Source: a virus
Taxonomy: Duplodnaviria; Caudoviricetes
DNA length: 50,342 nt
Strand: one strand, 5' to 3'
Virus record (IMG/VR): IMGVR_UViG_3300032280_000787
Location: 1-50,342 of that record
In this document: piece by piece, positions 38,419 through 46,396 of the stretch
Layout of the letters: each line of letters opens with the position of its first letter
Position numbering within the stretch: the first letter of the stretch is position 1
Position numbers and translations under genes: made by a program
Notes under the pieces: model-generated
Told to the model about the DNA's origin: nothing
The model's database searches: none
Seen by the model: the letters and a program-made list of their open reading frames with translations, nothing else

Positions 38419-39750
38419 ATGAGAAAAGAACTCCAACTATTTAAAGACCTAGAATCACTAACCGGTGAGGGATCACAAAAAGCAAAACAAAAAATAATCT
38501 CTGAAAATCAGACTGAAGAATTCTTATATCTTCTTGACATCTGCTTTAATCCTTTTGTTACTACAAAACTCCATAAGATCTCGTTTAACGAGACTTTATC
38601 CGAAATTGATGCTAACCACTGGGACAATTTTAAAAATCTCGTAGAAGAGCTAAAAATAGCTCCAGCTGCAAACGATTTGCTCAGAAAAAGAGCTCAGGAT
38701 ATAGTGTCTTCTAGAATCTGTGAAGATTCAGAAAATGATCTTTCTCTTAGGGAAGTCTTGATGAAGATCATCACAAAAAGAATGAATATTGGGATAGGTG
38801 CTAAACTTATCAACAAAGCAATAGGAAGAGAGGTAATTCCTGATCCTTCACTTATGTTAGCCACCGATGATCATGAGATCATAGAAAAATGGGAAAAAAT
38901 TTACTGCGAGGAGAAATACGATGGAGTAAGAGTTATTGCCATGTGGGCGGACAATAAATTCTCCTATTTTACTAGAGCTTTTAATGAGTTGGATTCTGCA
39001 TGCTTTCCTAAATTGTCAGAATCTCTCAGACTAGCAATAGAAAAGAGCGGAATAACAGGTGACGTATTCTTTGACGGAGAACTTACCGATCTGAATAGAA
39101 AATCAGTAAGCGGGAAGGTTACTCAAATTTTAAAGGGAAAGGTCGATTCTAAGATAGAGGAGGGAATGATATTTAATGTTTTCGATCTCGAGAATAGCGA
39201 AACATTAATAAAAGGGAAGGGATCAAAAAAATACAAGGAGAGAAGAGATAGTTTAGAATCGGCCATCTCGAATATCCCGGAAGGATCTAATGTAATCCTA
39301 GCCCAAATGTGGGAGATGGATACACCTGATCAAATTACCCCGATCTATAAAAATATAGTCGATCAAGGTGGTGAGGGTGTTATCTGTAAGGATAATGGTG
39401 TATACGAATGCAAAAGATCCAAATCATGGGTAAAATTCAAAGAAGTTAATGAATGCGATCTTTTAATAACTGGATGGTATCCAGGAGAGGGAAAAAGAGA
39501 AGGACTGATCGGTGGATTTATTCTGACTGATTTATCTGGGACACTCCATGTAAGAGTTGGTGCAGGATTTACTGATCTTGACCTTAAAAATTTAAGTGTC
39601 TCCCCAGATTCACATACTGGTAAGATCGTTGCAGTTCAGTATAACGTCCCTATTACAGATAAGCACGGGAATAGATCTTTATTTCTTCCTAGGTTTGTTG
39701 AAGTGAGAAATGATAAGGATGTAGCAGACGATCTTTCCTCATTATTTTAA
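38419..39750 (+). CDS. lig: ATP-dependent DNA ligase
   Basis: Motif I EKYDGVR, FDGEL, FNVFD, EGVICK, WVKFK, LFLPRFVEVRNDK. Confidence 0.95.
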   Translation: MRKELQLFKDLESLTGEGSQKAKQKIISENQTEEFLYLLDICFNPFVTTKLHKISFNETLSEIDANHWDNFKNLVEELKIAPAANDLLRKRAQDIVSSRICEDSENDLSLREVLMKIITKRMNIGIGAKLINKAIGREVIPDPSLMLATDDHEIIEKWEKIYCEEKYDGVRVIAMWADNKFSYFTRAFNELDSACFPKLSESLRLAIEKSGITGDVFFDGELTDLNRKSVSGKVTQILKGKVDSKIEEGMIFNVFDLENSETLIKGKGSKKYKERRDSLESAISNIPEGSNVILAQMWEMDTPDQITPIYKNIVDQGGEGVICKDNGVYECKRSKSWVKFKEVNECDLLITGWYPGEGKREGLIGGFILTDLSGTLHVRVGAGFTDLDLKNLSVSPDSHTGKIVAVQYNVPITDKHGNRSLFLPRFVEVRNDKDVADDLSSLF

Positions 39751-39778
39751 GAAACACTTTCACTTTCACCTCATAAAA
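39751..39778 (+). promoter_or_regulatory. Putative middle promoter GAAAC-N18-TANAA
   Basis: GAAAC 39751-39755, TAAAA 39774-39778; 5 nt before ATG 39784. Confidence 0.6.
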
Positions 39779-39783
39779 AATAT

Positions 39784-40728
39784 ATGATACAAGAACTGCT
39801 GACGGAAAAGCTTAGACCGAGAGATTTAAGGCATATGATTTTGCCTTCTCGTATTACTAAGATATTTGAAAATGGATTGGGACACAATGTCCTTTTAAGT
39901 GGATCCCCCGGATGCGGGAAAACCACACTAGCTAAAATATTGGCTGCTCCATTTCCTCATCTTTTTATAAATGTTTCTGACGAAAGCTCAGTAGAAACGA
40001 TTAGGGTTAAGATAAATGATTTCTGCTCTACCATTTCGATCATGGACGGTAAATCATCGAAAAAGGTTGTTATCTTGGATGAGTTCGATGGTGCATCGGA
40101 TCAATTCTATAAAGCATTGAGAGGAACTATAGAAAAGTTTGCAGGAAATGCAAGATTTATTGCAACATGCAACTATATAAACAAAGTTCCTGATGCTATC
40201 CAGAGTAGATTTGAAGTTATAGATTTTAATCCCATATCTAGTCAGGAGGAAGAGGATCTAAAATTAGAGTGGAATAAAAGGATAAAATTAATTTTAAATA
40301 AAACCGGGATAGAGATAGACAACGACTCTTTACTGGAATTCCAAAGAAATTATTACCCAGATTTCCGTTCAGCTTTAAATCGAATCCAAACCTGGATGAT
40401 AGAAGGAATTAAAGTAGTAGACAGTAACAAGATAAACGAGTTTGGTTGGTCGTATGAGGATATCTACAATCTTATAGTTTCTTCCAAGGATCCGATAAAA
40501 AACTACCAGAATATTTCGGGAGAATACCAAGGGAAGGTCGATGATGTTATGTCCTCATTGGGGACTGAATTTATCGATTGGATAATAAAGAATAAACCAG
40601 ATCTTTCCAATATAATTCCTGCAGTAATAGTTTTAGTCGCAGACCACCAATCTCAGAGAACCCAGGTAATCGATCCTATGGTTTCATTACTTTCCCTTGT
40701 ATTCAGTATACAAAAACTAATCCCGTAA
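39784..40728 (+). CDS. gp44: Clamp loader AAA+ subunit (T4 gp44/RFC-like)
   Basis: EKLRP, Walker A GSPGCGKTT, Walker B ILDEFD, TCNY, SRF, PDFR. Confidence 0.93.
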   Translation: MIQELLTEKLRPRDLRHMILPSRITKIFENGLGHNVLLSGSPGCGKTTLAKILAAPFPHLFINVSDESSVETIRVKINDFCSTISIMDGKSSKKVVILDEFDGASDQFYKALRGTIEKFAGNARFIATCNYINKVPDAIQSRFEVIDFNPISSQEEEDLKLEWNKRIKLILNKTGIEIDNDSLLEFQRNYYPDFRSALNRIQTWMIEGIKVVDSNKINEFGWSYEDIYNLIVSSKDPIKNYQNISGEYQGKVDDVMSSLGTEFIDWIIKNKPDLSNIIPAVIVLVADHQSQRTQVIDPMVSLLSLVFSIQKLIP

Positions 40729-40738
40729 TTTCTGTATA

Positions 40739-41251
40739 ATGGATTATAAAAGGATTATTATAGTTGGAAAGGGAGGATCAGGAAAGGATTACTTAAGAAA
40801 GCAGTTGGTTCGTGCGGGATTCAGATATTGTGTTTCCCACACATCTAGGCCAATAAGGGAGGGTGAAATAGAAGGCGAAGATTATTATTTTGTTTCCCCT
40901 GAATACTTCCATACTGTTCCTTTTTACGAGTGTGTGGTTTTTAATAATTGGCACTACGGAACTTCTATTGAGGAATTTAACAATTCGGATCTGTTTATAA
41001 TGACTCCTTCAGGTTTATCCAAAATGTCTCCCGATGATAGGAAACAATCCCGGGTTATCTACATAGATATAGAGGAGAGCATCAGAAGAAAAAGACTTTC
41101 CAATAGAAGAGATGCAGATGATGTTGAAAGAAGATTGAAAGCTGACGATAGGGATTTTGAAAATTTTTGTGATTTCGATCATAGAACAACTAATCCCAAT
41201 TTTACACTGGAAGAGATAGAGGAAGGAATAAAAATAAGAACAAATGGTTAA
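40739..41251 (+). CDS. gmk: Guanylate kinase-like nucleoside monophosphate kinase
   Basis: P-loop GKGGSGKD, HTSRPIREGEIEGEDYYFVS, WHYGTS. Confidence 0.85.
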   Translation: MDYKRIIIVGKGGSGKDYLRKQLVRAGFRYCVSHTSRPIREGEIEGEDYYFVSPEYFHTVPFYECVVFNNWHYGTSIEEFNNSDLFIMTPSGLSKMSPDDRKQSRVIYIDIEESIRRKRLSNRRDADDVERRLKADDRDFENFCDFDHRTTNPNFTLEEIEEGIKIRTNG

Positions 41252-42380
41252 TATACTAATAGACGGGAATTATATCTTCCATAAAACTTTTGGAGTTTTT
41301 GGTGGATATGGAAATGTTGATCCAGGAAAAATACTCAAGGATAAGAAAGAGCAAGCAGCTTTCATACGTAAAATATCTACTGACCTTTGTGCTTCGCTAA
41401 AAATGATTCCTCAGGGAGGAAGGATGATATTTACATCAGACAGCAGGAGCTGGAGAAAGGATATCGAAATAGAGGACGGAGGATATAAATCTGGCAGAGT
41501 TAAGGACGAAAATGTAGATTGGACTATATTTTTCGAACTCATGAAAACATTTGGTGATCACCTAGAAAAAATGGGTTTTATTTTTTCTAAAGTAGATGGT
41601 GCAGAGGGTGATGATTTATTGATGTTTTGGTCCGAACATTTTCATTCAAGAAACGAGAATTGCTTAATCATTACAGGGGATAAGGATCTACATCAGCTCG
41701 CAAGGATATCTGAAAATTCATGGACTGTTATCTGGAACAATAATCAAAAGAAAAATACATTATTCGTACCTGAGAAATGGAAAGATCAATGGCTAGACAG
41801 AGATGAGTCTATTAGCATATTTAATATGGCATCTGCCATTTCTCCGGAAAAAGAGAGATTTAAAACATTTCTTAAGAAAGCAACCATAGAGGAGGTAGAA
41901 AGTAGATCATTCATTTTCATTAAGGTATTAATGGGAGATAAAGGAGATTCTGTTCCTAGCGTATGGGAGCAAACATCCGGATCAAGAACTATGGGGTTTA
42001 CCCAAAAAAAGGCAGATACTGTATTTGAAGCATTTACTGCATCTGAGTGGTCAGATATCGAGTTTTCCCAGATGATGAATAACGAAGATTATTTGAATTG
42101 GGTTAGCGGTATGGTACTCCGAACATCAAAGTCAGTTGATAGCACAGAAAACAGAAATAGGGTAAAGGAAAACATAATCAGAAATTTCAAGCTTCTGTGG
42201 CTTGATATTGATGTAATTCCTGATTTTGTCAAAGATTCGTGTGAGATTGAAATAGAGAGGGGTATATCTCTGGATAAAAAAACAGTTACCCTGGACAGGA
42301 TTAAGATACTGGAGGGAACTGAATGGGTTACTCCTAACTATCAACCTAAGGGATTTGATCCCTTTGAAAATTTTATCTAG
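41244..42380 (+). CDS. 5'-3' exonuclease / T4 RNase H-like flap nuclease
   Basis: LIDGN, SWRK, YKSGR, EGDD, TGDKDLHQL, GDKGDSVP. Confidence 0.88.
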   Translation: MVNILIDGNYIFHKTFGVFGGYGNVDPGKILKDKKEQAAFIRKISTDLCASLKMIPQGGRMIFTSDSRSWRKDIEIEDGGYKSGRVKDENVDWTIFFELMKTFGDHLEKMGFIFSKVDGAEGDDLLMFWSEHFHSRNENCLIITGDKDLHQLARISENSWTVIWNNNQKKNTLFVPEKWKDQWLDRDESISIFNMASAISPEKERFKTFLKKATIEEVESRSFIFIKVLMGDKGDSVPSVWEQTSGSRTMGFTQKKADTVFEAFTASEWSDIEFSQMMNNEDYLNWVSGMVLRTSKSVDSTENRNRVKENIIRNFKLLWLDIDVIPDFVKDSCEIEIERGISLDKKTVTLDRIKILEGTEWVTPNYQPKGFDPFENFI

Positions 42381-42381
42381 G

Positions 42382-42810
42382 ATGGAATTATTTGATGTAG
42401 TTAAAAATATTTTTTCTCAGGACAATAAAAAATGGGTCCAGGTTTCTAAAAACGATAAATCCAGGAATTTTTTTATGATCAATCGGATAATGGCAATACA
42501 ATTTCCGAATATAGCTAATCAATTCAATAAGATCAAAATAAATCCTGATGCTACCGTAGATTGGTGGAGAAATAACCTATCCTCTAGATATTCTAGACCT
42601 CCCAGCTGGATATACACAAAAACGATTAAAAAAGAGGCTAAGGCTAAGAAATCTACAGGTTCATCTTGGGAAAATGTGGAAGTTTTCGTTAGAGATAGAT
42701 ATAATGTATCCAAGAGGGATCTTTCTGATTTAAAAAGATTTTATCCGGAAAGATATAATTCGTGGATGAAAGATATATCCGATCAGATAGGGATAAAAAA
42801 TAATTCTTAA
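42382..42810 (+). CDS. Possible clamp loader small subunit (gp62-like); start moved to ATG 42382
   Basis: MELFDVV...FFMINRIMA...ANQFN...W pattern; same operon as the gp44-like gene. Confidence 0.5.
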   Translation: MELFDVVKNIFSQDNKKWVQVSKNDKSRNFFMINRIMAIQFPNIANQFNKIKINPDATVDWWRNNLSSRYSRPPSWIYTKTIKKEAKAKKSTGSSWENVEVFVRDRYNVSKRDLSDLKRFYPERYNSWMKDISDQIGIKNNS

Positions 42811-42811
42811 T

Positions 42812-43387
42812 ATGAAGAATAAACATTCTAAAATTATAGACAAAGTTATTTCAAGCTTAGATTGGGATGCTATCTTCGAGGTGAATAAATGCTTTAAACA
42901 TGGTATAGGCGAGGGAACTTCTGCTATACCCGGGGTGAAAAGAAAACCATTTTCCGATGGTATAACTAAGAATGACATTAAAAATGAGCTCAAGGGATTA
43001 CTCAAGTATGTAGTAGAAAACGACTATGCTGAACTGATCTATGGATATTGGATGATATTCTGGAATAATGCAGAATGGGCAGAGGAGGATATCAGAAAAA
43101 TCAGAGAGGAAATGGATGACGATGATGATGAAGGAATAGATCTGGGCGAAATCTCAATAGATAATAGTTTGGAAGTTATTTACTCACCTCAGAGAACATT
43201 CATTGTTGAAGCTAGAAAATCTGACGGTACAAGCGAAGTAGAGGATAAGGATGTGGTTAATCTGGAGAGTATGCTAAAAAAAGCTCTAGAATCTGAGCAG
43301 TACGAATTGGCTTCTAAGATTAGAGACGTTATAAAGCTCCAAAAAAATCAGGCGGATTCGGATACATATCCAGATGAAGTACATTAA
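42812..43387 (+). CDS. Hypothetical protein with C-terminal UVR (UvrB/UvrC) motif
   Basis: LESMLKKALESEQYELASKIRDVIK. Confidence 0.75.
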   Translation: MKNKHSKIIDKVISSLDWDAIFEVNKCFKHGIGEGTSAIPGVKRKPFSDGITKNDIKNELKGLLKYVVENDYAELIYGYWMIFWNNAEWAEEDIRKIREEMDDDDDEGIDLGEISIDNSLEVIYSPQRTFIVEARKSDGTSEVEDKDVVNLESMLKKALESEQYELASKIRDVIKLQKNQADSDTYPDEVH

Positions 43388-43856
43388 ATCTATAAACGAG
43401 TATTTTGACGTAGGTGCATTTGGAGACACCTATGGTTACGGAGGAGCCAATGGAGTTCTTAAGATAAACTATAAGCCTTTCAATGACCTTTCTGTTTCAG
43501 TTGGTCCCGATCCGAACATCGAAAGAACCGTAAAAGGATCCGAGTTTCAGCTAGGTGATGTGGTAATAGCTAAACCTCTTAACTCCAAGGATGAAGTGAT
43601 AGGTGTTGTCGTTAGATCATTCAGAAATCCAGATAATCAGGAATATAGATATTTCATTCAAGTTTACAACAAGGGTAAAAAAACGGAAAGAGTGATAGAG
43701 GTTAAATCTGACTCTATTAAATTCGCTGAAGGTGGTGATCACGGTAATATAGAATCTAAATCTAAATACAAGAATAACGACATTCCTAGCTCTGCATTTA
43801 ATTCTAAGACTGTATACAATTCTAGTGAACTTGGTTTAGAAACTACCGGAGGATAG
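43374..43856 (+). CDS. Putative internal head protein with SH3-like segment
   Basis: N-terminal MKYIKSINE; FQLGDVVIAK...IGVVV; GATACATA at 43361-43368. Confidence 0.55.
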   Translation: MKYIKSINEYFDVGAFGDTYGYGGANGVLKINYKPFNDLSVSVGPDPNIERTVKGSEFQLGDVVIAKPLNSKDEVIGVVVRSFRNPDNQEYRYFIQVYNKGKKTERVIEVKSDSIKFAEGGDHGNIESKSKYKNNDIPSSAFNSKTVYNSSELGLETTGG

Positions 43857-43883
43857 AAACCTAATTCTTACATTCGGATACAA
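43856..43883 (+). promoter_or_regulatory. Putative middle promoter GAAAC-N18-TANAA
   Basis: GAAAC 43856-43860, TACAA 43879-43883. Confidence 0.6.
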
Positions 43884-43891
43884 TAATTAAA

Positions 43892-44791
43892 ATGATATCC
43901 GCTAATACCCCATTAATTTCTTATCTAGGAATACCCAAAACATGGGCTTCAGATGGATTTAGAATATCCTCTCAGAAGGATCTTTTAAATTTGTTCGCAG
44001 ATCTATGTAAATTCAACTCATCGATACAATGCAAATCTGTTTGTATTGATTCTGGTGAGATTGACTTCGATCCATCCATATTTGATTCGGTTCTAGACGA
44101 GACTGATCAGGAAACATCATCGATTCTTTTAGAAATACAGGAAATGATGAGAAGGGATAACATCAGAATATATTTTATCGTCTCTAAGGACTACTTTCTT
44201 GCAAGCCAGATAGATAACATCATTTCAACCACTACAAAATTTCTAAATTTTATTGGTAATTTTCTGGATTCTGTTGGTGTAAATTACCCATCCATAGTAA
44301 TTAGGATTGGATCTGCATACGGTAACAGAAAGGAAACGATGAAGATGTTTTGTGAGAGAGTTAAAGAACTTGATTCTGTTGTTTCATCTAAGCTCTGCGT
44401 TATGAATGACGATAAACCTAGTCTCTTCTCCGTAACTGATCTTTTAACTGGGGTGTACTACGGAGTTGGACTTCCTATATGCTTCAGAACTCTTGCCCAC
44501 CATTTCAATGATGGCGGTTTATCCATAAGAGAAGCACTTTATCTTTCCTCCACAACATGGTCTAGTGAAATATCCCCCCTTATCATACACTCAGAATCTA
44601 GGGAAACCAGCGAGAATGGGATTTTTTTAAGTCCATTAATTTCCGAAGAATTGACCATGAGAATACCAACCTTTGGTCTTCATTGTGAGGTAATTATAGA
44701 TTCATTGGGGAAGGAACTTTCTTACGTTAGCTATTTGAAAAATTACAAATCATTTCCTCCGATTGTTATTAATAGGGTTTCTTCCAAATAA
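43892..44791 (+). CDS. UvsE/UVDE (UV damage endonuclease)-like TIM-barrel protein with degenerate active site
   Basis: IGSAYG..K, NDDKPSLFSVTDL, HHFNDGGLS..EAL, HSESR, IPTFG, KE; several metal ligands replaced. Confidence 0.7.
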   Translation: MISANTPLISYLGIPKTWASDGFRISSQKDLLNLFADLCKFNSSIQCKSVCIDSGEIDFDPSIFDSVLDETDQETSSILLEIQEMMRRDNIRIYFIVSKDYFLASQIDNIISTTTKFLNFIGNFLDSVGVNYPSIVIRIGSAYGNRKETMKMFCERVKELDSVVSSKLCVMNDDKPSLFSVTDLLTGVYYGVGLPICFRTLAHHFNDGGLSIREALYLSSTTWSSEISPLIIHSESRETSENGIFLSPLISEELTMRIPTFGLHCEVIIDSLGKELSYVSYLKNYKSFPPIVINRVSSK

Positions 44792-44822
44792 TTTTTTATC
44801 CTGTATATTTTTTTTATTTTTG
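44792..44822 (+). promoter_or_regulatory. Putative early promoter (T-tract ... TATTTTTG)
   Basis: TAnnTTTG at 44815-44822, 4 nt before ATG 44827. Confidence 0.45.
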
Positions 44823-44826
44823 ATGT

Positions 44827-45528
44827 ATGTTTAAAGAAGAACTCATTAAAAAATACCTATATTTCGATGTAGAGACAGCTAGCGGTTTTGAATCATATGC
44901 GGATCTCTTAATCAAAAACGAGAGATTAGCACTCCTATGGGATAAGAGATGTAAATATTACAGAAGTGCTTTCCCTGAGTTATCCGAATCTACTGAATCG
45001 GAAATTTATGAGGAAAAATCCCCACTCGAACCAGAATTCTCAAGAGTTGTCTGTGTATCATTTGGAACTTTCGATGAAGATGGATTGGAGAGATTCATTT
45101 CATTCAACGGAGAGGACGAACATGATATACTCACCAAAGCTAATAAGGTATTTAATAATGCCCACATCAAAGGATGGAAACTTTGTGGACATAATATCAA
45201 ATCATTCGACGTTCCTTGTCTAGGAAAAAGAATGCTATATCAATCAATTAATCCTTCGGGAAATATCCAGATATGGGATAAGAAACCATGGGAAATACCT
45301 TACATTGATACATCCGAGGTTTTTTCTTTTGGAAGCTGGGTTCAACAAAAATACCTAAGTCTAGATCTTGTTTCTTGCATGTTTGGTGTTGAGTCCCCTA
45401 AGGGATCAATGGACGGTTCCCAGGTCACTAAAGTCTTTTGGCAAGACAGGAATTACGATAAAATAAAAGAATATTGCGAGAATGACGTAAGAACTGTCAT
45501 GGAGATCGTGAAAAAATCCTGTTTTTAG
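44827..45528 (+). CDS. DEDDy 3'-5' exonuclease (PolB proofreading-related, stand-alone)
   Basis: ExoI FDVET, ExoII GHNIKSFDVP, ExoIII YCENDV. Confidence 0.88.
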   Translation: MFKEELIKKYLYFDVETASGFESYADLLIKNERLALLWDKRCKYYRSAFPELSESTESEIYEEKSPLEPEFSRVVCVSFGTFDEDGLERFISFNGEDEHDILTKANKVFNNAHIKGWKLCGHNIKSFDVPCLGKRMLYQSINPSGNIQIWDKKPWEIPYIDTSEVFSFGSWVQQKYLSLDLVSCMFGVESPKGSMDGSQVTKVFWQDRNYDKIKEYCENDVRTVMEIVKKSCF

Positions 45529-45552
45529 AAAATCCCAAAAATAAGCAATTAT

Positions 45553-45591
45553 AAAAAGCTTTTCTTCGATATATAGAGAAAAGCTTTTTTT
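45553..45591 (+). terminator. 13-bp inverted repeat/terminator with a late promoter motif in its loop
   Basis: AAAAAGCTTTTCT (45553-45565) and AGAAAAGCTTTTT (45577-45589); GATATATA at 45568-45575; T7 at 45585-45591. Confidence 0.65.
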
Positions 45592-46389
45592 GTGGCTAAA
45601 GTTTTAGACTTCATATCGTTTAATTTTGGTGTTAATGAGGCAGATACCCCTTATTATCACGAATCTCTTAATCCTGTATTCTGGGAGGAGAAAAAGGATC
45701 GTTCCGGTAATGTAAAATGGAATTTTGATCAGAGAGTTAGAAGAAAGCTAGTTAGAATAGCTAAAGACTTTTACTCTAAATATGAGGATATCCTGGGAGA
45801 TCGTGAGATAAAGGATATCATACTCACCGGATCTCTAGCAAACTTTAATTACACTAAGTATTCAGATCTTGACGTCCACGTTCTAGTTAACCTAGACGGA
45901 ATAGACGACGAAAATCCAAAGATATTAAAATCTGCAATAGATGGGGTAAGATTCGTTTGGAACCTCAGACACGACATAAAAATTAGAAACTACGATACTG
46001 AACTTTATCTTCAGGATGAATCGGAGGAGCATACTGCATCTGCTGTTTTTTCATTAATGAATAACGAGTGGATTAAGAAGCCAGTGTACGATTTACCAGA
46101 AATAGACGATCAGCAGGTTAATAGAAAGTATGAGGCAATAGTCTCTGATATAGAAAACATGCACACTAGATTGATGGTTTCTGGTAATATGCCGAGCAAC
46201 GCAAGACAACTTCATAAGAGATGCGAAAAGATAAAGCAGAAAATATTTAAGATGAGAAGAGAATCCCTATCCAAGGGAGGAGAGATGTCAGTGGGTAATC
46301 TTGTCTTTAAAAAGCTAAGAAATGAGGGATATATAAAGCAGTTAATAGACATCATTTCTAAATCCTACGACAAAATTTACACAGAATAA
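45592..46389 (+). CDS. Pol-beta superfamily nucleotidyltransferase
   Basis: LTGSLANFNYTKYSDLDVHV (GS...DxD), ELYLQD, helical C-terminus NLVFKKLR. Confidence 0.8.
   Translation: MAKVLDFISFNFGVNEADTPYYHESLNPVFWEEKKDRSGNVKWNFDQRVRRKLVRIAKDFYSKYEDILGDREIKDIILTGSLANFNYTKYSDLDVHVLVNLDGIDDENPKILKSAIDGVRFVWNLRHDIKIRNYDTELYLQDESEEHTASAVFSLMNNEWIKKPVYDLPEIDDQQVNRKYEAIVSDIENMHTRLMVSGNMPSNARQLHKRCEKIKQKIFKMRRESLSKGGEMSVGNLVFKKLRNEGYIKQLIDIISKSYDKIYTE
46328..46335 (+). promoter_or_regulatory. Putative late promoter within the 3' end of the NTase gene
   Basis: GATATATA 61 nt before ATG 46397. Confidence 0.4.
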
Positions 46390-46396
46390 TTCAATT

